Below are positions 33,700 to 46,740 of a stretch of 64,000 nt of DNA, piece by piece. The DNA comes from Nitrospirales bacterium. GTDB lineage: Bacteria > Nitrospirota > Nitrospiria > Nitrospirales > UBA8639. Both the position numbers and the translations under genes were made by a program. How positions within the stretch are numbered: position 1 is the first letter of the stretch; each line of letters starts with the position of its first letter. The stretch covers positions 32,001 through 96,000 of the forward strand of contig CBDBCZ010000011.1 in the NCBI GenBank assembly GCA_965203295.1. The letters are read 5' to 3'. A model generated the notes under the pieces. That model saw only the letters and a program-made list of their open reading frames with translations, made no database searches and was not told the origin of the DNA.

Positions 33700-35602
33700 T
33701 ATACGCCCCCCTTTCCAGCCTTATCAGTGTATATAGTGTATTGTACTAGTTATAATGAAGATCATTGAGGGGGCGAGCCGGAGCGAGGTATAGTGATATG
33801 ATATGTTTGGTGGTTGTATAGTTGTCGATTTAATCATTAACAGCAGCACTTGAATATTAATATTTAATGACACAAGTAAGGCCAGGAAGGCCCATAGGTC
33901 AGATCATGGACATCATACATGTATATTAGTCAAGGGACAGACGGTCAGCTGTGGTATACTAACTCTGGTTAACAAAAATAATTAGCTAACAAACAAATAA
34001 GGATGGGAGACGACATGATGGATGAGAACCTATCCGAAGAGTTCATTGAATGGAAAGAGGGATTCAAGATAGAACAGCGCTATCATATCAGTGTAGGTTC
34101 AAGGTTTGTATGTTGGCAGAGAGAGGTTGATACAACAGTTATTGAAAGACTTGGCATAACTCATGGGAAGGAGATTCACCTTTGCCATTCTCACTCAGAG
34201 CCTTTTTCTTTGTAACCTCCAATAAAGGAGAGTACCGGTACCCTGGAACGGGACTGAAACTTATACAGGTCTATAAGCAGGGAGTTTCTGTGAGACTTCA
34301 TTATTCAGAAAGTCGACAAAATATAGCTGAGCGCCAGTGTCACTAAGCCACTCTACTCCAAATATGAGGTTGAAAAAGCGGTCAGGGTTGCAGGTTGGAT
34401 CCGGAAGGGCCTCCTTAACAGAGGGAGGGGCTTCCTTGAGCAGTGCAGCTCGACATTCTCGTAGGGTGGGGCAGGAGACAATGAAGTGGAGGGAATCCTC
34501 CAGAGGAGCCTCACATAGTTTACACGAAGGATCGTTGGGGGAGCGCTCGTTTCGCCTCTGCCTGAAGTGACTTGCATCTGCCTCCAGACCATCACAACTG
34601 GTGAGGAGACATAATATTATGTGGAAATTATTATTGCGGGTCTTCTTGGTATTCGTAAGGGTGAGGGGCAGGCTTCCCAAGAGGAAGATTGCACAAACCA
34701 TCGGAAGGAGTGGACAATCTACGCTGAGCAACAGGTTTGAATGAATAGTGAGAAGTCGCTTGGTAGCAAGCTTCCAACTGTTATGTGCCCGCTGATTGGC
34801 AAGTAGGTCCGAGATGGAGGGGAGGTTCAGATCCTCTAGCAGTGCTCTCCACACCGGGATGCAACCAGCAGTCGCGTTGCAGCTGACCTGGTGTTCCAGA
34901 AGCCTCCGGGGTAGGGCAGATGACTCCATGATGGCGATGGAGTTGACAAAAGCTAGTTGTTTATGAGATGAAGGAGGAGAGCCTGCGAGAACCAAGGAGA
35001 TTACGCAGAGCAGATAACGGGCATCTAGTAGGCAATCCTTGGATTGTACAGAGAATCTTTGAGTGGACTCTTTCCAACATAAGTAGCTCAGTTTTGGTGA
35101 TAGACCATATAGGGTGATAGAGCCACGCGTCAAGCGCCATGACGACTCAGTCGTTTAATCGTCTACGCTTTCGTCGTTCTCGCTCCACCTGCAACCTTCT
35201 CTCCCTCTCCTCTGCAATTTCCAGCCTTCTTCTTTCCCTGTTACGCAACCGACGCCGTTCTAAAGCAAGCTGTCTTCATCTCTGAAAGTACGAGACTACT
35301 GAAAGTACGAATGTAAAGTGTGGTCGGCTGCTCGAAAATATTACGCTCGCGGCGCGCGCAAGGTTTAACGTTTAAATAGTGGGTATTGAAATATTTTCGG
35401 TATATGAACCATACGCACAGAAATTGGCATTTGGTTCACTAGGATTGGGGCTCGCTCCGGCTCGCCCCAATTATATACGCCCCCTTTTCCAGCGGTATAC
35501 GCCCCCTTTTCCAGCCGCTGGAAAAGGGGGCGTATATAATACATACACTATCAGGAGCTTATGAGCGGCGACACAAATAAGGCTGGAAAAGGGGGCGTAT
35601 AT
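33700..35602. mobile_element. TIR element (TATACGCCCCCTTTTCCAGCC) enclosing a second inverted-repeat pair (GGGCGAGCCGGAGCGAG at about 33770 and 35450) and a LINE fragment
   Basis: Inverted terminal matches at 33700-33724 and 35577-35602; extra palindromic copies at 35473-35538. Confidence 0.6.
34200..35090 (-). mobile_element. 5'-truncated, degenerate non-LTR retrotransposon 3' end (C-terminal CCHC knuckle; RTEX/L1-Tx1-like)
   Basis: ORF 35133-34261 contains CKLCEAPLEDSLHFIVSCPTL and W..LL..LNLPSI..LL; no RT core remains. Confidence 0.6.
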
Positions 35603-35671
35603 AAATCATTACACTTGGCAGTGTATTGTTACTTCCTGCTTTGCGATTTATGTAGCCTCCGAATCGCTTTT

Positions 35672-35760
35672 TTTATGACAGACGACGCCGACTGACAACG
35701 ACAGACGGACAATACCGACTGCTTAGTCCCGCTCGCGCATACGCGGCGCGGGGTAATAAC
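35672..35760 (-). mobile_element. Helentron/DINE-like terminus
   Basis: TTACCCCGCGCCGCGTATGCGCGAGCGGGACTAAG hairpin followed by a GTCCGTCTGTC-type microsatellite on the minus strand. Confidence 0.5.
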
Positions 35761-38700
35761 TCACCCGAATGAAGTCCAATGACGTATTGGCCACCCATTC
35801 TCTGGTACAAGCATGAATGTTGTACCGTGGATATGCAATAACAAATGAATAAGACATTGTGACATGCGATAACACAACAAAAGAATGTTGCACTCTGGTT
35901 GTGCAATAACACAAGAATGTTGCATTCTGGATAGCTATGCACTTCAAAATTTTAATGTTGCAGATGGATTCATGGCCTATACGTAGCTGCATACTGTTAG
36001 CCTCATGCTATTATAGCAAATGTGTTGGTGACTGCCGAGCAACAAAGGGAGGGTCTTTAAACCTTGAGTAGCTTGCTGTCATCATGTACTTCTGGCTTCC
36101 ATGCAGAGACACAACCCATGCATGTTCACAACAGCTATGTGTGGGTCACTATAAAGCTCACCTCTGCATTTGAGGGCATTATGCGTATATATTATATAGC
36201 TATAATGAATGGTCATATCAGTATAGCTATATAGCTACTACATGTAGTATTAGCTATACCCAAAATGATGACATGCATGGCGTAAGCTATCCAGGGGGTG
36301 GACTAGAGCTTGCTATTCATAGCATGTGTAGAATTCTTTTCATATGTTGACGCTCATGTGTGAGCTATGATTACATAAAAGTGCATGTGGGTCAAAATTA
36401 ATTGGCTTATGACTGTTTTATCTGGATTCTACAAAGTGCAAGGCCATCACCTATTATGGTCTGAGCAAGGCATAATGTATATTCACAAACTGGCATGAAA
36501 TAGGATGGGCAGTTAAAGATTTGCAATTGCATGACCTTTGAATGACCCCTTGGTTTTGGTTATGGTGTTGCAAGTCGACTTGCGACCACATGAAAAAGCT
36601 AGCTACAGCTATAATATCCATGCTGTATAATTCAGGTATTAAAATGGTGACACATTTTTTGCACATATTAGTTTGTTCATTTGGGTATATAGCTACAGTC
36701 CCATTATAGAGCCAAATACTGATCTAGTGCATGGCATTGCATGCATGCTTGCATTCGTTAATGATACAGATCAAGATCACAAAATCTAGCCAGTATAATA
36801 GCTATATATAGCTAAACAGAAAAGACATGTGAGAGACTGCATGCCCACTGTGCCAGTGGAAGTGCAAGTAGCAGAGCTAGCACTGCAGAGAGAGGCCAGA
36901 CGATAGCTGCATGGTCATGCAGAGTAGCTGGTGGTACTGAACTCCATAGTGCACAAGGCTCGCTATATAGCTAGCTATAGTTTAAGAGGCCAGAGTATTA
37001 GGCAGCTGCAGACAGTTGACGAGAACATCATATACACAGTATAGCTAGTCTAAGAGTATTAATAGTTAACTAGACTATGTTTACTGTATGTTTGAAGGGG
37101 TGGTCACTTTTTGGATTAGCTACCAGTGCATGGTCCATCCCTATATATATCTGAGGAGTTACTGGAGTTCTTTATACCCACACCTTTCTAATGGGATAGT
37201 GCCGCTACTCTGTATGACCAGTAGCTAGCCTGGCCTCTGTCTGTGCTCTGCTATTTGCACTCCCACTGCATGAGTAGCTACTATAGGCGCTTAGCATGTT
37301 AATAAGTGCTTTCCATGCAGGAACCGCTTAATTGCACAGTTATTAGTTCGTCATACATGCAATGATCCCCCCCCCCCCATACACCCCCCACACCCCATGC
37401 ACCCCCCACCCCTCAGCTACATAGAAATCCTTAAAATAGCTAACTGTAAACCTTTCACCATTATAATATGGACAAAGACAAAACTGAAAGAGTGTCTATA
37501 GCTATCACAGCAGTAAAAAATAAGTTAAAGGGAATTTGGGGCAGCCTACAAGAAACGATGAAAGTATACTACCCGGTATCGTCTAAGTAGTCTTCATAGC
37601 ACAGCCACAGTCTTTATCAAAATTTTAGAGTGGTAAAGGGTTAATTAAAGTCCGCTGGATTTCCGCATAATTATAAAGTCAGCTCACTTGGCGCATAAAA
37701 CGCGCATTAAATTGACGGTACCACGGTTACCGCGGATTTGTAAGCAAAAGACGTGACCAAAGTGCCAGGGCCTGAAAAGGATCTGTCATTGCTGAGAATT
37801 GGCGAGTGTAAGTATTAATGTCACATCAGGTTAAATTTGTGGTGCATTTATTTATAAGCTTTATGACATGCAGTCTCGGCACGGCATACATGTAGGTATT
37901 GGAGCTAGCTTTAATATCTATGCTCACGGTTACTGATTAGCTACTAGATTGTAAATCGTTCTATATATATCTCGCAAGTCTTTATGAAGTCAGAAGCAAT
38001 AATTTCTAAGTATGATGTGCAGGCTCATTAGAAAATGAGTGCAATGTATATACAATAATAGAGTCGGTACATGTATAGGCCCGGATCGAATTTCCTGTGA
38101 CACCGGTACGCATGCAGCCTCCCGAATCGCCGCTGCCCCTGCAGGCGTACATGATATGCACTGATACGCATGTAGCCATGTGTGTATGTATACGTACGTA
38201 TGTCCTTTATTATATTGTTGGCACACTCACAGGAAGCATAATTGTGCTCATGCTGTGTGGTGTCATGTATCCCGCTTAGGCTAGTCCCGCTTTGAAGGCA
38301 GGACAGTTCTGCTTTTGCCTCACGTAAAGGGAGAGTACATGTACTGCAGCTCGAAATATGCATGCACTAAATTAGTCGTCCTTTCTGAGATAATTGCCGT
38401 ATGCTGGAATCAGAGGTCAGATGCACGCCCAATTGTACAATGGACTCGCTCCCAAGACTACATGTACACAGACTACGTCCGCTGAAGCGAAAAGATTTAT
38501 TTATTGTGTCCCGCTTCCGAATCGGCTCATCTTTCTGGAAGATGCTGTCCCTATTTCGGTCTCTTCTTGGTTGACACCTATGCTATACATGTACGTATAT
38601 TATAGATAAATTATCCGTATAGTAATAGATATCCATGTCTAAGTGGACGAGTAGCTATATTTCAATAGCGTACCAAAATCTGCACTGTATCCCATGTAGC

Positions 38701-38972
38701 GTTTCACCCCTTAGCTATTTTACCCAAGTGTAGATTCCGATTAGAAATGAATGTTGTAAAAGCGTACAAATAACTGTTATAGAACTAGAAGCGTGCAATA
38801 ACCAAAGATGCTATGCAATTCTGGCTTAAATCTGTGCCTGCTGGAGAAAGCTAGACTGTAGAATAGACAGGAAGTATAAGTGGAATAATAACTATTAATT
38901 AAATACCGCCCAAGTTACTTCCGGTGCTGTATTTAAATCCAATTACCGGTATCTGGACTGGTCACCGCTGGG

Positions 38973-39640
38973 TAGTCTCGTGCCCAGCCCGTCGCTCCTC
39001 ACCTCGCTGAGGAGGTACGTACGCTGAGACAGTCTGGCGACCCAAGTCCAAAAGGTCAGTTGCACCCGCTCTGAATTCAGGCGGATCCAATGAGATTACA
39101 GTATTTGCAATTAGCACTTAAAAGAATGCTATTACGGTCCGAGAAAATGGCGACGTTCGAGTTTTAGGGCAGGTTTAGGCAGCCTTTCGAATCAAGTAGC
39201 AATTGAGACAGCTCTTCATGCAGTTTCGAAGGTTAGATAACTGCAATTTCGGCGAAAGCAGGGCGATCAACTCTCGCTATCAGCTTTAAAAGCTAAGTTG
39301 CCATACCTTGCTCATTTTGCCGTTCTGTACAGTGTTGTACCTGCTTTTCAGTTAAGATTTGTGTGCAAATATACCAAAACGGTCCTTGTAGAGGTTCGTA
39401 GTAAGCTTTTATAAAGCTTTGAAGCCTGAACTATTCCATGAATTGTATGCAATTAAACCGCTCATTACTCCGCCCATATCTCCGCCGTTGAAACGACTTT
39501 TTGGACTTGGGTCGCCAGACCGTAACAGCGAGGGTCTGGGCACAAGACTTAGTCTCGTTCCCAGACCGACGGGCTGGGCACGAGACCACATAAGACTATA
39601 GTCTCGCGGGCCAGACGATTTTTGTTGGTCTGCGAGACTA
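38973..39640. mobile_element. Cluster of AcademH-like MITEs: about 600-bp element 38973-39588 and a 42-bp micro-element 39599-39640
   Basis: TIRs TAGTCTCGTGCCCAGCCCGTCG / CGACGGGCTGGGCACGAGACCA with inner GTCTGGCGACCCAAGTCCAAAA inverted pair; the 42-bp element has a 9-bp TSD ATAAGACTA. Confidence 0.75.
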
Positions 39641-39832
39641 ATAAGACTATGAGCTGAGCTCGTGTATAATGCATAACCGACGAGGTTGGACTAGTCTCGT
39701 GCCCAGCCGGAAATTTCACGGCTATGCGGACACTAATGGAATGCAATTATAGTGTCAGTGGGTGCTAAATGGAAGCCACGTGGAGGTGTAATTAGAAAAC
39801 AGGCTAGATAGCTGTACGCTATTAGTACAATA

Positions 39833-42800
39833 CCGATAACAACTAAACACCGATATAAAAGTCAGACAATAGAAAATAAACAATTATGCACAAAGTGAAG
39901 GTTCAAGTGGGGATTCGCCCCTCGGATGTTGCGAGGGTGATGTCCACGTCTCCCCCACGGATGGGGCGATGGAAGGATGACCTGCTACCGCGAATGCACA
40001 TAATGGCAGATCGTAATGCTGCAAATGACAACCTGCAGCGCAGCCACCCCATCACGGTTGGATATGGGTGTTGTCGTTTCTGCGAGATCATACTTGCCAA
40101 TCGCTTGTAGAAGGTGGTTGCCTCCTGACCCATGCCTCCTGTGGATGAGAACACCAGGGGAGTGAACACGCCATGCTCTACTTCTCTGATGCGTTGCCCG
40201 TACTCGTGCTTCTTTGCTTGCTCGTGTCTCCTGTAGGCTGAAGAGGTCAATGTGGAACGATTACTGGGCGCGTTGGGGTAAAAAACCCGTACATCAAAGA
40301 ATGCATCCTGTGTTGCGTTCCAAAATCCCCTCGCACGAATGTCAACTCGGGCGCCATCACTTGTGTTCGTAGAACGTGCATCGAAGTTTTCCCCGCTGAG
40401 TGGTTGGAGAGTTGGCTCGGTGGTCACATTGTGACAGACTTCTGTAAGTAGGGTGGCAGTGATGTCGCACAGCTCATTGTGGCGTATTGTTGGAAATCCA
40501 CCCATGTGACAGACCATAGCATGATCGATGGAAAATCGGGCTCCACAGCTGCAAGTCTGAGGTGTGCAGCTCAGATTCCAGCCATATCTCAGGCATAATG
40601 CATCTCGGAATTCCCCTTTGTGCAGGTGGAATCCGTATTCCTCAAGTGGGAGAGCAGAGAGCCATGAAGATGAGCCTTTTTCTTGAGCAAGGTCGACACA
40701 TTGCTTGAGCTGAGGGTGGAGTTGGTCATAGATGCTCCTGGCCAGCTCAACCTGTCTCAGACGATTGGACGTCTTGATGTTCTTCTTGATGGTGGCGGTG
40801 ACATCGGGGTCAACGATTTGTTTTGCTTCTTGGGCAACTATCAGGGCTACCAAGGGGGCTGTGAGGTGTTGTGAGGCCTGAAAAATGCTTGGAGATTCAG
40901 CTGCAGGATTGCGTAGGCCCAACCCTCCAAGTCTAACAGGGAGGGAAAGCAAGTCCCTCTCCAGGGATGAGCAAGGTGGACGACCAGTCAGAGCTGGAAT
41001 GAAGTGATGATGAATGGCGTCCTCCAGTGGAAGAAGAAGGTCTTGGATGTCTGGTATTGTACGTAACAAGTACGACCATCGACTTGACAGACCATGTGTG
41101 AATGCGGCATGTGCAGCATGGGGTTGGGATATTGCAACTTTGGCTAGTTGCTGGATCTCTTTGACCTATTCCTGGACTTTGGTACTCACATATTCTTCGG
41201 TGAAGGTTCTGGAGCCCAGGGCAGCACCTAGGTGGCGCTTGCCATAGGTGGTGACATGTACATCGGTATCAGCGAATAGCCGGGAGGCATGTTCTCCATG
41301 GTCTGGTTTTACCACCAGGTAGGTCTTGGAGCCATTGGGATAGTACCCAAACAAGGGTCCAATCTCAGAAATGTGATCCCACCATGCTCTGAGACTGCTG
41401 CACGTAGAAGCACTGGTTGCATCATCTGCATACCACACTTGGTGGACATCAGGAGAGCGAGAGCTTAGTTGATCGATCAGTGGGGTTATTGCAAGAGCGT
41501 ACATCGCCATTGCAAGAGGGTCTCCTTGTGTGGTGCCTTCGGTGGATTGAATTTCTCCGCTACCGGTTATAAAGAGCCTGATCGGCGCTCTGTATGTGTT
41601 CACCAGTATATGGGTCAGAGCTGGGCAAATAATGCTGATGTTGTGGAGAGCGGTTTTTCGATTGACGGAATTGAAGGCGTTGGTTGCATCAACCAGCAGG
41701 ACGGCTTCCGTATTGGAGTCCTCGAAGATTCGTCGCATGGCGTGCACAGCTGCTTCACAGCCTCCCTCCTGACCAGCACATACCTGCAATGGGCCAGCTG
41801 CTTCTTCAACATCAGGGCTAACAATGCTCAGGATTGCCTTTGCAGCAATTCGTCTTGGGACTTCACCGATGCCAATAGGTCTCACTCCCGGGCATTTGTC
41901 CAGCGGAATGAGGCGGCAGGCCACAAAGGCATGAATGCCTTCAGGGTTGACGAGAGTGGTAGCAATGCGTTTGGCGACACCGGCGAGGGAGGAGCATAAA
42001 CTGTGTGAGGCAGATTTGAAGGAGGAACACAATCGTCTCCAGGCATGTGCATCTACTCCTGAAGGGCCTGCTGCGCCTTGGGTGTGCAACGAGGCCTGAC
42101 GAATGGCATCCCCATCCAGTCTATCGAAGACAATGGGGTTGAAGATTGGTGCTGAGGTGGCGGTGAGGAGAGTATTGGCTGCTGGATGCTTGCCAGAGGG
42201 ATGCTTGTCAAGAAGGATGTCTCTGGTTGATCGAGGCATGGCTTCACCATCCGTCGAGGTACAAGGCACCATATCATCGAGCTTCAGCACACCACCACTG
42301 GTGTTCCGGGAGAGATATCTCAGGGCACTGTGGACGCTCCCCTTCATCATTAAATCTCTGAAGGTGCGAGCAATCTTCTCACTATCAGGCTGCTTCATCC
42401 CATGGCGGAGGTATTTTTGTATGCATCGTCCTTCTTCTAAGAGTGATGGGATGTCTCCTTCATGCCATAGTTTTAGTCGCCTTTGAAGGTGAGCAGCGTG
42501 GTCTTTGCTTTTGCTCGAACGGCTTGGCTTCTGCAGGAGCAGCACCTGGGCAATGGTGATGGCTTTCATTGCAATACACTCAAGACTAGAGCTGTCCGCA
42601 TATGCTTGGAATAGGCGAGCCAGCTCCAGGACAAACGATTTTCCAGCTGAGCCCGATGGTACCTGGAAAATGTTTCTTCTCCAGTGGACCACTTCTTCGT
42701 AAGCCATGTCAACCAGTGTGCAGAATTCAACCCCCTCGTGGGGTCCCCAGAAGAAGTTGGGTGCTTGAAGAGGAGGTGCTGGCCATGACGTATCGACAGT

Positions 42801-43258
42801 GGAGCAGTGACTTGCATTAGGGGACCGCTGTTCGACTGAAGGACATGGAGATTCTTCGTTCACGTTTGCGTTACTAGGCTGTCTGTCTGGCTCAAGAAGT
42901 GGAGACGGTAGTTGAGAGGTTGGGGTGGATCCATCTGGAGCTGAAAGGGATGTAAGTGGCAGCCGACTTTGAATTTGAGCTGTGCTGGTACAGTTCTCAC
43001 AGTTCCCGAGTCGTTGTGGGAGGCAGCCCTGGCACGCTCTACCCCCCTTCACACACGAACAGTTTCTACACCGGCCTGTGCGGTTACATTTACAGCAGGA
43101 CATACCCGGCGTGTCCGTTCAAGCGTTTGCGGTAGAAGCAGCATAGACTGCGGTAGAAGCAGTATAGACTTCAGGAGGTCGGACAATCTTACTTACGCCT
43201 TTTCCCTAGCAAACGTCGACTGACTGTACGTTGCGTCGCGCGAATACGCGACGCAACG
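39833..43258 (-). mobile_element. Near full-length CRE-clade-like non-LTR retrotransposon (single ORF: Cys cluster, RT, CCHC, restriction-like endonuclease) with one nonsense codon
   Basis: ORFs 43103-41166 and 41069-39903 are in one frame, separated by TAG at 41168-41166 (1066 codons). RT motifs GVRPIGIGE, LVDATNAFNS, GTTQGDPLAM, WYADD, HLG. RLE motifs CSC..H...C, RHN, RVDI, FDVRV, EQAKK.EY, FTPLVFSSTGG. Flanking direct repeat TAGTACAATA. Confidence 0.9.
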
Positions 43259-44195
43259 TAGTACAATAATACTGCTGCACGGTATACTACGAGCGAGTCA
43301 GGGCTATGGTGATTTGTGTCTTGTGCGGTAAGGGTATTCAAGGCTCAACCACTGTTGTCTGATAGCACTAGAGTGGTTCGTGATTTTTACATAGCACACT
43401 TGAATCCTTTGTTGTAGTCTCGTGAACCAGCCCACTTAATTTCCGCAACGCCGATCGCTAATTAGTATGCGGCACGCGGAAAAGTGGTCTGGAGACTTAG
43501 GATTACTTCACGTAAATCTCTACTGAAATTTCACTAGAGCCAATGAAATTGCAGATCGTGTAAATAGAGTAATTTGGATACGTGAGAGCGATTGCTATAG
43601 CATTCTTTTCTCGTGACATCGACGTACAGTCTATTAAGCAGCTTAGCTATGGCCGAACTTTCTGAGAGTGAGGTTTCAGCGGCGATTATGGAGGTTAGAA
43701 GGAAGTTAGGAACGAGCTAAGAGAGCGACAAGAAGAGGTAGTGGCAAAATTTGTGCGAGGGCGGGATGTTTTCGTTTTTCTACCCATTGAAGTGGGAAGA
43801 GCCTCTGCTATTCGGTGCTTCCTTCGACTTTTGATAAGCTGAGACGAGAGTCGCCCGAATCCAAGCTCAGTACATAGAGCCTTCGTGATTTCGTCGTCCG
43901 TGAGCCATTGTCATAAAATTTTGGGGCCCCCATGGATTTGGGTCCCCCCCCCCCCCCCGGCCCCATTTCCACGGGATATTGGGGCCCCCGTCGTAAATTT
44001 GGGGCCCCCCTTCCGCCCGGTAATGCTAAGCGATCGCTTACAGGTCCATCTTTCTGTGAAATGCGCGCGTCAATGCCTGCCAATAAAGCGAAGTGCACAA
44101 ACTTCCCTAAGCACTTTGGGGTATGATAATTATCATGGAGGAGACGGAGAAAGAAGGACGATTCAACTTCCGCGAAATTCATGCGCATGTTCGCA

Positions 44196-44380
44196 AGGTC
44201 AGCAATTCGTTGTGTGAGTGGATCTCGCTCCACCCATAGCGGAGCTCATCGCCTGGCCCCGGTTGACCTGGTCCACGGATGGAGTTGACTTCACCTCAAT
44301 AATAAATTGCTGTATATCATTTTATTTTCAGTTTTATTTTGTTTTGATTTATATTTTGCATTATTATATAATAATTGTTT
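44196..44380 (+). mobile_element. Extreme 3' fragment of a CRE-like element
   Basis: RSAIRCVSGSRSTHSGAHRLAPVDLVHGWS* resembles the C-terminus RSAIMCIRGSRSSFH..VDI of the 39903 ORF; a T-rich 3'UTR follows. Confidence 0.55.
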
Positions 44381-44519
44381 CTTTCCGAGCCAGACACTTG
44401 GGTCTATCCGCCCGCAGTGCAACCATGGAGAACAACGTACACCTTAAATTTAAACCCTGCTATTTAACTTTGACCAAGATTGTACATGTACCTATTGTGT
44501 ATTGTTTAAGTAATGTGCT

Positions 44520-46740
44520 TAATGCCCCCACCACCCGCCGACCAATCTGGAAGTATAAACTGGCCAATTTTGAAGCCGCCAATGAAATGTTGTCGAACAT
44601 TGATTGGGATCCCCTTCTAGACATGGACATTGATCGAGCGTGGAACAATTGGCAAGCTCAATTTCTCTCGGTTATGGAGCTCTGCATTCCAAAAGGAGTG
44701 CTTCCTAAAAGGAAGCATCCCCCCTGGATAACTAAGCAGATCAGGAATGCTATTTACAAACGGAACCAACTTTTCCGGAAGTTTCGCATATCAAATGATT
44801 TACGCACTTTCTCCCGGTACAAGAATCTCAGGAACAGAGTCACGTCTATGCTGAGGAAAGGAAAAAAGACCTATATGAACAGCCTACAATCTGCAAATGC
44901 TAAACAGTTCTGGAGAGCAGTAAAGCACTTGAATTGTAAGAGTGTATCGTCCATACCTGTACTCAGACGCGACGGAGAAGAGGCTTGCACAGACCATGCA
45001 AAGGCTGTATTGCTCAACAATTTTTTCTCCTCTTGTTTTAACCAATCCATGCCACCACTAACCGAGTCGAGCTATCAAGTACAGTCTACTTCTCAGGAGT
45101 GCCCAGACGATTTACTATGCACAGAGGAAGAGATTCTGGAATTGCTTTTGTCCCTAGATGTCACCAAAAGTAGTGGTCCTGATGGCATATCAGCTAGAAT
45201 GCTCAAAGCCACTGCTACCAGCATTGCCTCTTCACTCTGTAGGCTGTTCAACCTCTCAGTTACAACTGGTCATTTCCCTGCAGCATGGAAAATATCCAAT
45301 GTTGTACCTATCCCGAAAGATGGTGACAAATCTGCTCCTAACAACTATCGACCCATCTCGCTCTTGCCGATTGTGAGTAAATTACTTGAGCGGCATGTAC
45401 ATGGTAGGGTCATGAAGCATTTGAATGAATCTCACCCACTCAGTGATCATCAATGGGGATTTCGTCCGGGCAAGTCCACAACTCATGCTCTTTTGTCTGC
45501 TACCAACGAATGGTTTGAACTCCTAGATGCTGGAGTGGAAGTAGGTGCAATCTTTTTTGACTTGTCTAAGGCATTTGATTCAGTTCCTCACAAGGCTCTT
45601 CTGGAAAAACTAAAGCGCACAGGATTGAACGGACTGTTATTCGACTGGATTGCCAATTATCTCACGAACAGAAAGCAACGAGTTGTTGTCAATGGTGAAA
45701 AGTCCAATGAGCTACCAGTTCTTTCTGGAGTCCCTCAGGGGTCGGTACTGGGGCCATTATTGTTCTTGATCTATATCAATGACATTGACAACATTCCTTT
45801 CTCGCCGGGTACAAAACTTGTCATTTATGCTGATGATGTGCTGCTATACAGGCCTATCAGGTCTCCACTTGACTATGAGCTCTTGCAGAGAGATATTGAT
45901 GCAGTCGGTCTTTGGTCTACATCAAACTATCTCAAGTTCAATCCTAGGAAATGCAATGCTATGGTGTTTTCTAGAAAAAGGCCTGCCACAGCTCCCATCC
46001 GTCCTCTGATGCTGAATGGCCAAACCCTTGACATTGTGGATACGGTTAAATACCTTGGACTCACAATCTGCTCTGACCTTTCTTGGTCCAGACACATAAA
46101 CATTATCACCTCCAGAGCACGACGCCTGGTTGGTCTCCTATTTCGCCAGTTTTACTCCTGTACAGACAGTTATACCTTGAGTAAACTCTACACTACAATG
46201 GTGCGACCCCATCTTGAATACGCCTGTGAGGTCTGGGATCCACGCCTGGGTAAGGATTCTAAGCTCATTGAAAGGGTTCAAAGCTTTGCTACCAAAGTAT
46301 GCTTAAAACAATGGAACTCCTCATACCCAGACATGCTGGATACCTTAAATCTCCCGTCACTGAGTAAACGAAGAAAGTGGGCCAAACTCAGTACTCTCTA
46401 CAAAATCGTACATGGCTACACCGACTATCCATCACCTCCCTTAATACCGAGAACCCAATTCCATTCTTCACGCTATGTGCATGACTTTTCTTTTGTGCAA
46501 CCTTTTGCACGTACTTCTCAAACTTTATTTTCTTTTTTCCCACACACGCTTTCATTATGGAACAATTTACCATATTCTATTGTATCGTGTCGCTCTCTCT
46601 CTGTCTTTAAGCATCATATTATGGGTGAATGCTAGTGTTAGCTTTTTTCTTTAGCTATTCCATCCACCCTTGCCATGTCCATTTCTGTATGTTGTGTTGG
46701 CATAAACAGTATAAAAAAAAAAATAAAAAAAAATAAAAAT
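44520..46740 (+). mobile_element. 5'-truncated CR1/L2-group LINE with an uninterrupted RT ORF and A-rich tail
   Basis: Open frame to 46635: PPWIT, KSSGPDGI, NYRPISLL, QWGFR, FFDLSKAFDSV, SGVPQGSVLGPLLF, YADD, KYLG, RPHLEYA. The AP endonuclease is absent; tail 46712-46739. The first about 100 aa of the 44218 ORF come from unrelated flanking DNA. Confidence 0.9.

Noticed and set aside
41166..41168. Programmed stop-codon readthrough between RT and RLE
   Set aside because: The stop sits where Trp is expected (TGG>TAG), and the following GTC is not a known readthrough context; simple nonsense mutation is more likely.
41469..42820. Plus-strand ORFs of 65-176 aa, and similar short ORFs opposite other genes
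   Set aside because: Antisense shadows of real coding sequence with no independent motifs.
44218..44519. N-terminal 100 aa of the 805-aa ORF as part of the LINE protein
   Set aside because: Derived from a CRE 3' fragment and its T-rich UTR; a chance in-frame extension of a 5'-truncated LINE.
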